NCBI GenBank assembly: GCA_964016885.1
Contig: OZ024743.1
Coordinates: 328,166,001 to 328,230,000, forward strand
DNA length: 64,000 nt
Source of the DNA: Eledone cirrhosa
Taxonomy: Eukaryota
Reading direction: 5' to 3'
Position 1 is the stretch's first letter. Each line of letters opens with the position of its first letter. The notes under the pieces were generated by a model, which worked only from the letters and a program-made list of their open reading frames with translations, searched no databases and had not been told where the DNA came from. This document shows positions 51,809 to 63,290 of the stretch, piece after piece. A program made the position numbers and the translations under genes.

Positions 51809-53678
51809 CGTTACCTGGATGCGGTGCTCGAGGAGGCAGGCTTCGGACCTGTGTTCAGGGGCTGGATTGCTGCAATGCGCAGCAGCGACATCTGCTCAAG
51901 GGTCAAGGTGAACGGCTACCTCTCAGAGCCGTTCCATATCACGCGATCCATCCGACAGGGATGCCCTCTCTCCTCCCTTCTGTACGTACTGACTCTTGAG
52001 CCACTACTGTGGAAGTTGGAGCTATTGCAGGGCATCCCTTTGGAACTGGGACTGCGGAAAGTGGCATCAGCCTACGCCGACGACGTGACAGTAATGGTGT
52101 CGAGCACCTCACAAATCGAGGAGGTCGGCACCTTACTGATGGAATACGAAAGGTTCACAGGAGCGAAGCTGAACCGGGACAAGTCCATTGGTTTGCAACT
52201 CGGATCGTGGAGAGGCAGACTGATGCCTTCCAATGGCGTCGTCGGACGCTGGACGGAAGGACCGGTGAAGCTACTCGGGGTCTGGTTTGGTCCGGACCTC
52301 CAGGTGGAGAAGAACTGGAACGGGGTGACGGCCAAAGTGTTTGCACTCACCCAGAAATGGGCCGAGTGCAAACTATCCTTGAAAGGTCGAGCGTAGGTGA
52401 CAAACACTTTTATAGTGTCCGTCATCTACTACCGTTTGATCATCGTGCCTTCTCCAACCAAAACGCTCACCAAAATGGAGCGCGTGCTCTTCCAATTCCT
52501 TTGGAAGAAGCGGGCTCCTTTGGTGAGAAGATCCATCTGTTGCCAACACCCTTCCAACGGAGGGCTGGGGATGCCGTGGCTGCCGATGCGCAAACACGCG
52601 CTCAGGCTGCGGCATCTCTACGTATTCCTCACCGGACAACCGGTGTGGGCCCCGTTCGTGAGGCGAGCCTTCCCACGACTCGTCTCGCTGACCGAGCTGC
52701 AGTCCTAGATCAAGCAAAGACTGAGGAAAATGGGCGACTGGCACATCGAATGTGTTCAGGCACTCACAGCCCTCTGGCAGGCGGACCCGGCGATCAGTGG
52801 AGACTCCACTTCGTCATTCTATAGAGGGTTGATCCGCAGCAAGTGCGACGACGCGCTCGGAGAAACTCTAGGCGTGGAGGAGGACGACTGTCCAGTCTGT
52901 TTGGTAGGACCTTCCGCCCGGGACCGATGGACAACTCCCAAAAGTCTGGCAGTGCTACCGAGGAGCTCTACCAGTTCGAGACAAGCTCTACAGACATGGG
53001 CGCCCGGGCAGGGACCCTTCGAAAAAGATCTGTCCGAGATGCGTGCGAGACGAAGAAACCGTTGCGCACACATTCATACACTGCTCGGGCGTTACCGAGC
53101 TAGGGGGCTATGTAGAACGACTATTGTCGCAGGTGGGACCAATCCAGTTGACCACCGAGTCCATTGTCATGATCAAACCGCCACCCTCCTTCAAAAACGA
53201 AGGAGAGGCGGTTTTCCTTTGTGTGATAGCTATGGCGAAAGAGGTTGTATGGTGGACGAGGTTAAAAGGGCTGAGGTCAGACACCTTTCTCTCCGGCCAA
53301 CAACTGATTCTTTTTTTCAAATACCACTTTGGAAGAAGAGTCAGGATGGAGAGAGAGGTGCTGTACCCCAGCAAGTTTTATGAAAGGTGGGTGAGAATGG
53401 CCCGAGTGAATGGGCCTTCTCTCTATATCAGCCTATAGGTTGAGGAAAAAGAGGAAGAGAGGAAAGGGGTACAAACTCTTTGTACTCCTGGAGATGAGGG
53501 TTGCACATTTTTTCGGGGGGGGGGGGGGTATGTGTTACCCATATGTAATGTCTCCCCCTATTGGGGAAAATCGATTAATTTTTAAATTGCATTTGTGATA
53601 GTACACGTTTTTATTGTATGCAAACTTCTCCCTTTGTATTGTCCTCTTCGTTTGTGCCCTTGTGGCTAATAAAGAAAC
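51809..53678 (+). mobile_element. 5'-truncated L1/Tx1-clade LINE (RT C-half, zinc-binding CCHC, 3' UTR), disrupted by stops and frameshifts
   Basis: VNGYLSEPF.ITRSIRQGCPLS, AYADDVTV, VKLLGV, GGLGMP, CPRCx8Hx4C; AATAAA at 53668. Confidence 0.9.
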
Positions 53679-54217
53679 ATATCTATATATCTATCTATTC
53701 ACCCACCTATCCATCTGTCCTCTCATCCATCCATCTTCCAACCCCATCTATCCATGTCCTTACCCTCTGATGAAATGGTAGGAGTACTGTAATGTTGAGC
53801 ATTTAAACCAGGAAGAGCACATCATTCTCCATGGGCCGCTGACAGTGAGGTTCTTGTTATCGTTGGCAGCTCGCCTTACAAACGTATCAGGTGGTGCCCG
53901 TGAGGGTGCCTGGTTGTTTCAGCACCTTAGCCTTGCTGTCACCCATGGTAATGCTGCGAGCATGTTAGCTTGCCTCAAAAATTTCCGTTCACCTTTGAAA
54001 TGTGCGGTCAATTGTGGCCCTTGGTGGTGAATTGATGGTTGTTTCTTTTTTTTCTTTCCCTCACTTTGATGATATATTTTTATGCATTATATTTGTGATG
54101 TTCCTAGCAATAATTAATTGTATTTATTATATGGGTTCATATTGGATTCTAACTAAATATACATCATTAGGAAATTACAGGCCAATATTATATTACTGTA
54201 TATCAGTTACTGTAAAT

Positions 54218-54927
54218 ATATATAATATAAAAGAGAGATGGTTATTGGTTGGTTAGTTGGTTGGTTGGCTGAATCACATGAAAACTACACACACACAAAC
54301 ACAAATATATACACACACATCTAAAGAGAGAGACACGGTGGGAGAGGCAGAAAGAGAGAGATAGGCCGTTATACAGAGAGAGATACAATTAAGGTGTTAG
54401 ATATTTAGAGAGAGAGAGAGTAACGTCCCACAAAAGTCTAGAATCGGCTTAAACTATAGATCTTTTGATCTATAGTCTAACAATATTGCCTTAGCTTTTA
54501 TAAAGTTGTTTTACAGTCTTTAATTTTACAGAACAAAGAAAAATTGTTACTATTTGAAATTAGTTTACCATCCAGCTTTTATCCATATACTATTTACAGT
54601 CTATACTAATGAAGCAACACTTCAGAAGCAATGGTATGCGGTATATTGCTGTATTTCAGATGACATCCTTTGGAGCTGAAAAAGATCATACTGACTATGG
54701 TTATTTCACAACATTTAAAATCCAAGGCCAATGCTACCATTTAATCAGCAGTTTACTCCCCCAGCCTAATAAGGAAGTTTTATGATTGTTTTTTTTTTGT
54801 CTCTCTCACATGCACTCACACATTACGGCCTCACCTCATACCACGCAACACACCCAATACAGTCGTTTTCTCTTTTATTCGTCTTCTCTTAACTATTCTC
54901 CCGGGCGAAGCTGGGTACCTCAGCTAG
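54218..54927 (+). mobile_element. non-autonomous Helitron
   Basis: 3' hairpin cccgggcgaagctggg followed by CTAG|T at 54924-54928; 5' boundary approximate. Confidence 0.55.
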
Positions 54928-55248
54928 TAAATGTATAAAGCAGAGTAAAATCCTAAAAGTCTTCAATATTGCTTCAGTCTTGTTTACTCAACTGTGAGTA
55001 TTTCTCTGCCTTCTATATTGCTTCTGTCTTTAAATACTCAACTATTCTCAGGTCCCAAATAATAGGGGGGAGATGGAATAAGTGGGGGTGGAGGTGGAAA
55101 ATCGGTAAATTTTGTAAGTTGTCGCCGTTGATTTAAAAAAACAAACAAAATTAGTCGTTTAGTTTACATATTGAAGACCCCCCCCATCCCATCCCATCAG
55201 ATTTATTTTATATGGGATTTCTCGTAATGTTTTTTTTATTTAAAGAAA

Positions 55249-55328
55249 ATTCTTCTTCTTCTTCTTCTTCTTCTTCTTCTTCTTCTTCTTCTTCTTCTTC
55301 TTCTTCTTCTTCTTCTTCTTCTTCTTCT
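55249..55328. repeat. (TTC)n microsatellite just upstream of the PHKG exon
   Basis: direct reading. Confidence 0.95.
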
Positions 55329-55448
55329 AAATATGTATTTGTTTCTATTTGTAGCCTCTATCAAGATGCCTTCTAGCAAGTGTTGGGTTGACATGAATTG
55401 GTTGTCTCTCCTCTAGTTGGATTTTAAGTGTTGTATTCAAAATTTGAG

Positions 55449-55534
55449 ATGACTAAAGAAGAAGATGTGCTGCCCTCCTCTGGAGAGGCCAAAGAATTCT
55501 ATGCAAAATATGAACCAAAAGAAATGCTTGGAAG
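55449..55534 (+). CDS. PHKG: first coding exon of phosphorylase b kinase gamma catalytic subunit (MTKEEDVLPSSGEAKEFYAKYEPKEMLGR); exon starts ~55417, later exons not found in the window
   Basis: matches the PHKG N-terminus (vertebrate MTRDEALP...FYENYEPKEILGR); acceptor ctctcctctag at 55416; phase-2 donor AG|GTGAGT inside the Arg codon, as in vertebrate PHKG genes. Confidence 0.9.
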
Positions 55535-55919
55535 GTGAGTTTGTAATTCATATCAAGATATTTCTTCCTTTTAGTGTTCTCATTTAACGTCCATTTTCCT
55601 TTTTCCCTGCCATCACTGGCTAAGTATGTTTTCAATTGATGCTACTGACCTGTCAAATAGACCAGGTGTCACACCACTCTCTTACATACACTCTCACACT
55701 ATACAATGTGCACTGGGTACATTTTATTGTGGCACCAATCATTCTAAAGAGTGTAGTGGGTGTGTTGATTTATAACTAATACTAGAGAGGTTGCCATGCT
55801 CTTGAACTAAAATGTAGAATTTTTATAGCGCTCCAATTTCTGGGATGGTGCTGCTGCCACACACACACAACCATCCTAAACAACATTCAGAGTGAACTGG
55901 CATAGCAGTTATAACATGG

Positions 55920-56160
55920 GAGGGATTTTATCTTGGAAAGATTTGATCTGAGAGTGATTTGATCAGGGAGGGATTTGATCTCGGAAAGATTTGATCTGGG
56001 AAGGAATTGATCTAAGAGGGATTTGATCACAGAGGGATTTGAACTTGGAAGGATTTGATCTTAAAACATTTGTTCTGGGAGGTTTTGATCATGGAGGGAT
56101 TTGACCGGGGGGGGGGGGGGGGGGTATTTGATCAGGGAGGTATTTGATCTTGGAGATTTC
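55920..56160. repeat. ~19-20-bp minisatellite (gggagggatttgatct)
   Basis: direct reading. Confidence 0.8.
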
Positions 56161-56639
56161 ATTTCTCACTGTGACTGTAAAAGTAAATGTGGTGAGAGAC
56201 TGGAATCTACAGTGTTTGGCAATTGAATGGAGGCAATGTAGGGTTTGAGAGGATGCTTCAATCTAGCCTAGCATGTGACAACCTCTCTAATGTTGGTGCT
56301 ACGATAAAATGCACCCAGTAGACCCTGTAAAGTGTTGGTGTTGGTACCGTGATAAAATGCTCCCAGAACCCTCTGTAAAATGGTTGGTTTTATGAGGAGT
56401 ATCCAGTTGTAGAAACCATGTCAAATATTGAACATAATGAGCAACATGATTTGTTCTGACCTGTTTGGTCTCGGACTCTAACAACTTGTCCAACTCATGC
56501 CAGCATGGAAAGTGGAGGTAAAATGATGATGATGATGATGATGAAAACAGTCCAGAAAAAAAATGAGGTTAACATTTTGAAAATGTTTTCCATTAGAACT
56601 AATATCTCAGCTAAAAAAGATTAGAGACAATTATCAACC

Positions 56640-57640
56640 ATCGCAGATGCACACATACATTCACGTAGACACACACAGGTACACAGACACACACATACAT
56701 ACATACACAGACACACACAGATACACATATACACACATAGAAACATAGAAACATGCACACACACAGACAAATGCATACTCACAAACACACATATACACAC
56801 TCATCATACACACATACACACTGAGGCAGACACATATATTTAGCTAGTTATGTTGTATAGACACATAGAAACTTGCACACACACACACAGACACACATAT
56901 AAACACACATAAACAGACACATATCACACACATACTGAAGCAGACCCACACATCCAGACACACAGATACATCATATACACACATATGCACACACCCAGGT
57001 AGATACATCACACACGCACAGAAGCAGATACACAGACACACACACAGACACATCACACACACTCACACAGAGGCAGATACACATACACACACACATTACA
57101 CACACACATACACTCACTCAGAGGCAGATACACATACACACAGATCACATACATCACCCACACATTCACACATATGCACACAGATTATGCACACAGAGGC
57201 AGGATACACAGACACACACACACACACACATCACACACACACACTCACACAGAGGCAGATACACAGACACACACACACACATCACACACACATACACACA
57301 CACAGAGGCAGATACACAGACACACACACACACATCACACACACTCACACAGAGGCAGATACACAGACACACACACAGACACATCACACACCCACGTACA
57401 CTCACTCAGAGGCAGATACACAGACACACACACAGACACACACACAGACACATCACACACCCACGTACACTCACTCAGAGGCAGATACACAGACACACAC
57501 ACAGACACATTACACACACACACACACACACACATAGAGGCAGATACACAGACACACACACAGACACGTCACACATACACTCACACAGAGGCAGATACAC
57601 AGACACACTGGTAGACACATCACCCACATTCACACATATT
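56640..57640. repeat. CA-rich compound minisatellite (gaggcagatacacagacaca...)
   Basis: direct reading; explains the H/T and C/V ORFs. Confidence 0.9.
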
Positions 57641-57915
57641 TAACTATCTATGTTATATAGTATCCTAATTGTTGCCAGTTATTGTAGCAGCAATGTATGA
57701 TATAAAATATCTCATCTCATGATTGGAATAAAATATTTCCAAACTTAACATTAATCTGTTATCTTACATTCTCCATTCTGACATCATCATCACTATCATC
57801 ATTATTGTTTTAATGTCTGTTTTTCCATGCTTGCATGGGTTGGACAGGCCCTTCTCAGCACGGCATCTCTCCATTCGTTTGTCATCTTCTCTGTGAATCT
57901 TAGTGATTGTGTGTG

Positions 57916-57984
<69 letters not shown>

Positions 57985-58209
57985 TATGAAGAGAGAAGAA
58001 ACATTTAGATATAATTAGTAATAAGATGTATCATACCTAAACTGCTTCTAGATTCCTCGACTACGTAGTTTCGTGGCATAATCAAAAACAATACATCATA
58101 GAGATATAGAGCTTTTGTGAGGTCTGCTGACTTATCAAGAGGATACCTCATTTTACTAGCTTCAAAGAGCACGTCTATAAGATGGAAACTATATTTATAA
58201 AACCATATT

Positions 58210-58274
58210 TATTTCATTATACATATTTCAAGGACACCAAGTTAAATTATGGTGTGCTTTCATCAGATAAAATA
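58210..58274 (-). ncRNA. type I hammerhead ribozyme in the PLE 3' pseudo-LTR
   Basis: exact reverse complement of 60577-60641. Confidence 0.75.
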
Positions 58275-60576
58275 TAATATAGATCAGTTTTATAAATAAA
58301 TATTGACATACCCTTAAAGAATGCAACCATTACTGTAGGAAGCTCCAGGATAGTGGAGTTGTAGCTTTAATTATATTATTAGGTAAGTTAGTATTGGATA
58401 TTTTTAAAATAAGCCGTTGGGTTACGGAGAAAGAGAAAGATAGAGAAGGAGAGAGAGAAAGAGCAGAACAACAGAGAGAGAGAAAGATAGAGAGAGGAGA
58501 CAGAGAAAGGAGAGAGAACGAAAAACTCTAAGTCATATCTTGTTGAGTTATCTTAACAATTGAGATGAAATGAATAAATAAAATTAGAAATGTTAATAAT
58601 CATGAATGGAATATACATATATAATATGAGAAATTTAACCATTGTTTAAATATGATTAGATGTTTAGTTAATCAGTTAAATATTGAGATCAATATATTAA
58701 AAATTGGGATCTATATATTAAGAAATCTATATATTATTATATTGTTAAAGATCTATATATTATATAACACGTATACACACGCAAAAATACATACATATAA
58801 ATATATATACACACTTATAAAAATATATATACATATCTAACTACGTATATAATATATACATACAAAATATAAAGGATTCTTTAATTTAAGATATAGGAAT
58901 CTTATAAAATCAGAGAAGGAAAATTATGTTATATAGTTACATCAATGTTACAATTGTTAAGATATTAAAGGAAATTTTATGTTATACACACTTTATGTTA
59001 TTAAACAAAATTTTTTTTATATAAGTTTTATAAGATTACTTGTTATGTATTTATGGCTGTTATTATATGTCTATTTGTCACGAATCTTGGGATAATCACT
59101 ATACATAAGTGCAATCGAATTGTATGGATATATACGCACATGTACATACACAATTCCCACATATACATACATATATGTACCCACACAAATAGGTAGATAC
59201 GCATCACGTGTATATATACATACAGATAGACATACACGCATAAAACATATGTACATTTATGTCAATACACACATATACATATATATACACACATATAGAG
59301 AGAGAAGTATACAGTATAAAGTACATAGTATAATTGAAGTATATAGTATAAAGTACATAGTATAATTGAAGTACATAAAATACAAAAGAATTATATTACG
59401 ATTTGGAAATATAATTATAAGCAATATAACTTTAAAAACAATATAACTTTAAAATATTATAGAATATTTCAAGTTATAATTTCAAAATAATAGTATGTTC
59501 AATAAATTTAGTATAGAAATTTTCTACGTATATTTAACTTAATTTTGTATCCATAAGAGAAATAAACAGAAACTTTGAAAGGATAAACTTTCGAAAATAG
59601 GAGAAACTATCAAACAATAAAAAATAAAAAATATAAGAAATATTTTCTCCTTTCAAGAGCTCTCAGTATATTTCTCTAGAATAGTTTATTATATTTATTT
59701 ATATTTAGGAAGAAAAGTTATTTTTACTTGAGTGTATAATCAGTCAAAAAGATGAAGGAATCTAATGATTTATCGACAGGTTCAATATATTAATAGAATT
59801 AATTAATTAATTATATATTACATTTTAAATTTATATTTAAACGTTGAGTTTAATCTATGTCTACAGCAACTGAATAAATTATTCCTTAAGTTCAGGGAAT
59901 TTTTGGTCTTTAATATAAAGAATATTTCCTCTATACAAAGATCACAATTTTCTGAAGAGGAGTTAAAAGGAGTAGCTTTTGAAATAATATTCCAAATCAA
60001 CGAATATTCAACGTTCTTTAGTTTGAGGTACCATAATAGGCTAGATAGAGAAGTTGAAGATTTTTTGTTTGGATCTGTAAAATAATTTTTATGATTATTG
60101 AAGCGGGATTTAAACTCTGTGGAAGTGGATCCCACATAATTAAATGAATTTAAATTAGTTTTTACATTACAATTATATACTATATTTTTAGCTAAGCAAT
60201 TGTTATTTAACGGGCAGTTAGATTTATTTCTACAGTTACATTTATCAAATTGGATATTGCTTGGGTTATTAGTGGTATTTTGGTTAGGTTTTAAATTTCT
60301 ATTATTAATTCTATTAATATTTTGCGCTAAATTTTTGGTGGAAGAATAAGTTAATTTTATAGTATGTCTATTAAAAATTGAGTAATATCTATGTGTTCTA
60401 GGGAAGCATTTCTTTCTCTTTCTCCGTAACCCAACGGCTTATTTTAAAAATATCCAATACTAACTTACCTAATAATATAATTAAAGCTACAACTCCACTA
60501 TCCTGGAGCTTCCAACAGTAATGGTTGCATTCTTTAAGGGTATGTCAATATTTATTTATAAAACTGATCTATATTA

Positions 60577-60641
60577 TATTTTATCTGATGAAAGCACACC
60601 ATAATTTAACTTGGTGTCCTTGAAATATGTATAATGAAATA
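60577..60641 (+). ncRNA. type I hammerhead ribozyme in the inverted pseudo-LTR
   Basis: stem I uauuuuau/augaaaua; CUGAUGA 60585-60591; stem II aagcacacca/ugguguccuu; GAAA 60622-60625; AUA site at 60633. Confidence 0.75.
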
Positions 60642-60897
60642 AATATGGTTTTATAAATATAGTTTCCATTTGTTAATATCGTATTTTTACTCCAAATATT
60701 TGTTGAGTGCTTTATATCAGTTATAAAAATATTTGCTTGTTGTATCCCAACAATTTAAAATTAAAAATTAAAATATATATATATATATATTTTTTAATTT
60801 TTAATTTTTAATTTTTAATTTTTTCTGGACCGGCAATCGCTCTGTATAATCAGATCCTGATTATTACTGGAATTCTATAGGAATCCAGCTTCTATAA

Positions 60898-60988
60898 TTT
60901 TCGGTGGAAGCAGAGGAGTACGTGGCTCTGATGAATGCCAACCAGCGTGAAACAGACTGTCAGCTTCTCTCCCTTCTTTCGCCGAAAA
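60898..60988 (+). ncRNA. canonical type I hammerhead ribozyme with long stem I
   Basis: uuuucgguggaag/cuuucgccgaaaa, ggag/cucc, ggcu/agcu; CUGAUGA 60928-60934; stem II augc-caacca-gcgu; GAAA 60949-60952; stem III acag-a-cugu; GUC site at 60961. Confidence 0.87.
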
Positions 60989-61114
60989 GAAGTAAGTGAC
61001 ATAGTCACTACTTTAAAACTGATAGCGTATGGTCTTCTAAATGTTTTTAATTAAACATACGGTATATTGCCAAATCTACTCTACATACATTCATATATAT
61101 ATATATATATATGT

Positions 61115-61770
61115 ATAAGCATGCATGCTCCGTTGGATGTGTAATAGTAATATACGTGAACGGCAAAGCATAAATGAACTAAGTGAGAAATTAGGAATAA
61201 GAGGGATCAGATGCTGTTTACTCGAGAGAAGACTACGGAGTAGGTAGACCCAGAAAAACCTGGGACGATCTGATAAATTCCGACCTTACACACTTGCACC
61301 TCTCTAAGACAATGTCACTGGACCGAGATCTTTGGCACTACGCCTATGTATAAAGCGAAACCTAGTCAGTAGGCACCTCTTAACCAAATATACACCCCAA
61401 TCCACTACCCCTACCCTATCCTCCCACTCCCACCAACATCACCCCCTCTCCATAAAGTTGGTACCACAACATCCAGTCCAAATAAATGAGATAAATGAGA
61501 TCGAGATCGTGTAGGTGTCACGAGAAAAAAACACACAGTCAACGCTGTAATCTGACCGTGTAGGTAACATGGTAAAAAGTTCCCAGTTCCACACTGTAAA
61601 TGTGGTTGGTGTTAGGAAGGGCATCTAGCCGTAGAAAACCTGCCAGATAGTCCTATATGAGCGAGACACGGTCACCTGACCAACCTTGCCTCAAGTGGGA
61701 CAACTCCCGTCTAACCCATGCTAGCGTGGAAAGTGGACGTTAAACAAGGATGATGATGATGATGATGATG
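61115..61770 (+). mobile_element. RTE LINE 3' fragment with internal deletion
   Basis: matches 29590-30245; (TGA)n tail. Confidence 0.85.
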
Positions 61771-61994
61771 ATATATTTTTTCTTTCTTTAAAAACTTATC
61801 TTCCAACTCCGCCCTGCCCATATCCTTAATCTTTCTCATTCTTTCTTCTAATGAAGGACTAGTGTCTGAAATGTTAAGACCACCTTCCTGCTATTTCAAG
61901 CATTAAACTAATATATTTCTTCCATGTACTGTGCCGTTTCTTTTGTTATTTTTGTTATTTCTGTTTACCTTTTATATATATATATGTAAAAGTT

Positions 61995-62305
61995 AAAGAC
62001 CCCCTTCGATCATGAATTACCATGGGATTTGAATCTAGAAAGTTCCTCTCCGAGGCACAAGTCCGGGCAAGGTTGTTTGTGGAAGACCAGCAGTTGCCCT
62101 TGCATACCAGTCTCCCTTCCCCACACCACCGACGTTGCCAATACAGCTTGGCACCAGTTACGTCGCAACTCATTTCTACAGCTGAGTGAACTGGAGCAAC
62201 GGGAAATAAAGTTTTTTGCTCAAGAACACAACGCACAGTCCAGTCTGAGAATCGAACTCACAACCTCACGATTGTAAGCCCAACACTTTAACTATTAAGC
62301 CATGT
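61995..62305 (-). mobile_element. tRNA/CORE-like SINE
   Basis: reverse complement of 12632-12965. Confidence 0.75.
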
Positions 62306-62339
62306 AGTGGGATCACAGACAGGCTATCAAAGAACATAG

Positions 62340-63290
62340 GTTTCATATGTGGCTGATGCACAGGTGCAGTAAGTAGCAAGAGCCCACACAATAATAGCTT
62401 CCTCAAATGCCTAGAGGTCTCTTTTGAAATAGTCAACAGTTTCTGTTAGCTGGATGACCAAATTAGCAGTGGAGGAGAGTGTGCCGAAAGTACAGTATCC
62501 AGAGTGAGAATGGGATAGAGAAAGTTCAGGGAGTTGCTACCATTGCTAGCTACAAAAGGTTTTACCTTCAAAATCAAGGGCAGATTGTCAGATGCATGTA
62601 TAACAACAGCAATGTTGCATGGTAGTGAAACCAAGGTGTTGTGTGCTGAGGACCTCTGATGGTTGGAAAGAGATGAAGCCTGCATGCTCCGATGGATATG
62701 TAATAGTAATATACGTGAACGGCAAAGCATAGAGAGAGAAACTGGGCATAAGAGGGATACAGTGTGCAGGAGAGGAGATTGTGTTGGTATGGTTATGTGA
62801 TGAATATGATGGATGACAGCTGTATAAAAAAAGTCGAGGGCAATCAAAGTTGATGGAAGCTATAGAGTAGGAAGACCCAAGAAGACCTGGGATGAGGTGA
62901 TAAAAGTTGACCTTGCACAATTGCACCTCTCAAAAGCTAAGACACAGGATCGAAATCTTTGGTGTTATGCTGTAATACAGATGACCTGCTGCCCCATTTC
63001 TTTCCTCCCTTCCCCTTCCATACACCTCCCATGCCCTAACACTTCACCTATGTCTTTACACCAACTCCACCACTGCTGCCACAGCCCCAGTCCACACTGG
63101 AAAGTGGTTGTGTAGGTGTCATAACAAAAAGCACCCAGTCAACATTGGCGTTAGGAAGGGCATCCAGTTGTAGAAACCAAGCCAGAAACAGTTCTGTATG
63201 AGCAAGACACTGCCATCTGACTTGGGACAACTCGTCTAACCCATGCTAGCTTGGAAAATAGACATTAAATGATGATGATGTTGATGATAC
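62340..63290 (+). mobile_element. decayed 5'-truncated RTE LINE
   Basis: KFRELLPLLATKGF...AMLHGSET with stops, followed by the 3' tail. Confidence 0.85.

Larger units (their letters stand above)
58182..60770 (-). mobile_element. 5'-truncated Naiad-type PLE with inverted pseudo-LTR
   Basis: open frame ~60408-59818 (FPRTHRYY.IFNR, CNCx5CPL, IVY, YVGSTSTEFKSR, CDLCIEE); ~260-bp inverted repeat 58182-58440 / 60410-60669. Confidence 0.88.

Noticed and set aside
53765-53800. CTGATGA hammerhead start
   Set aside because: No stem II followed by GAAA
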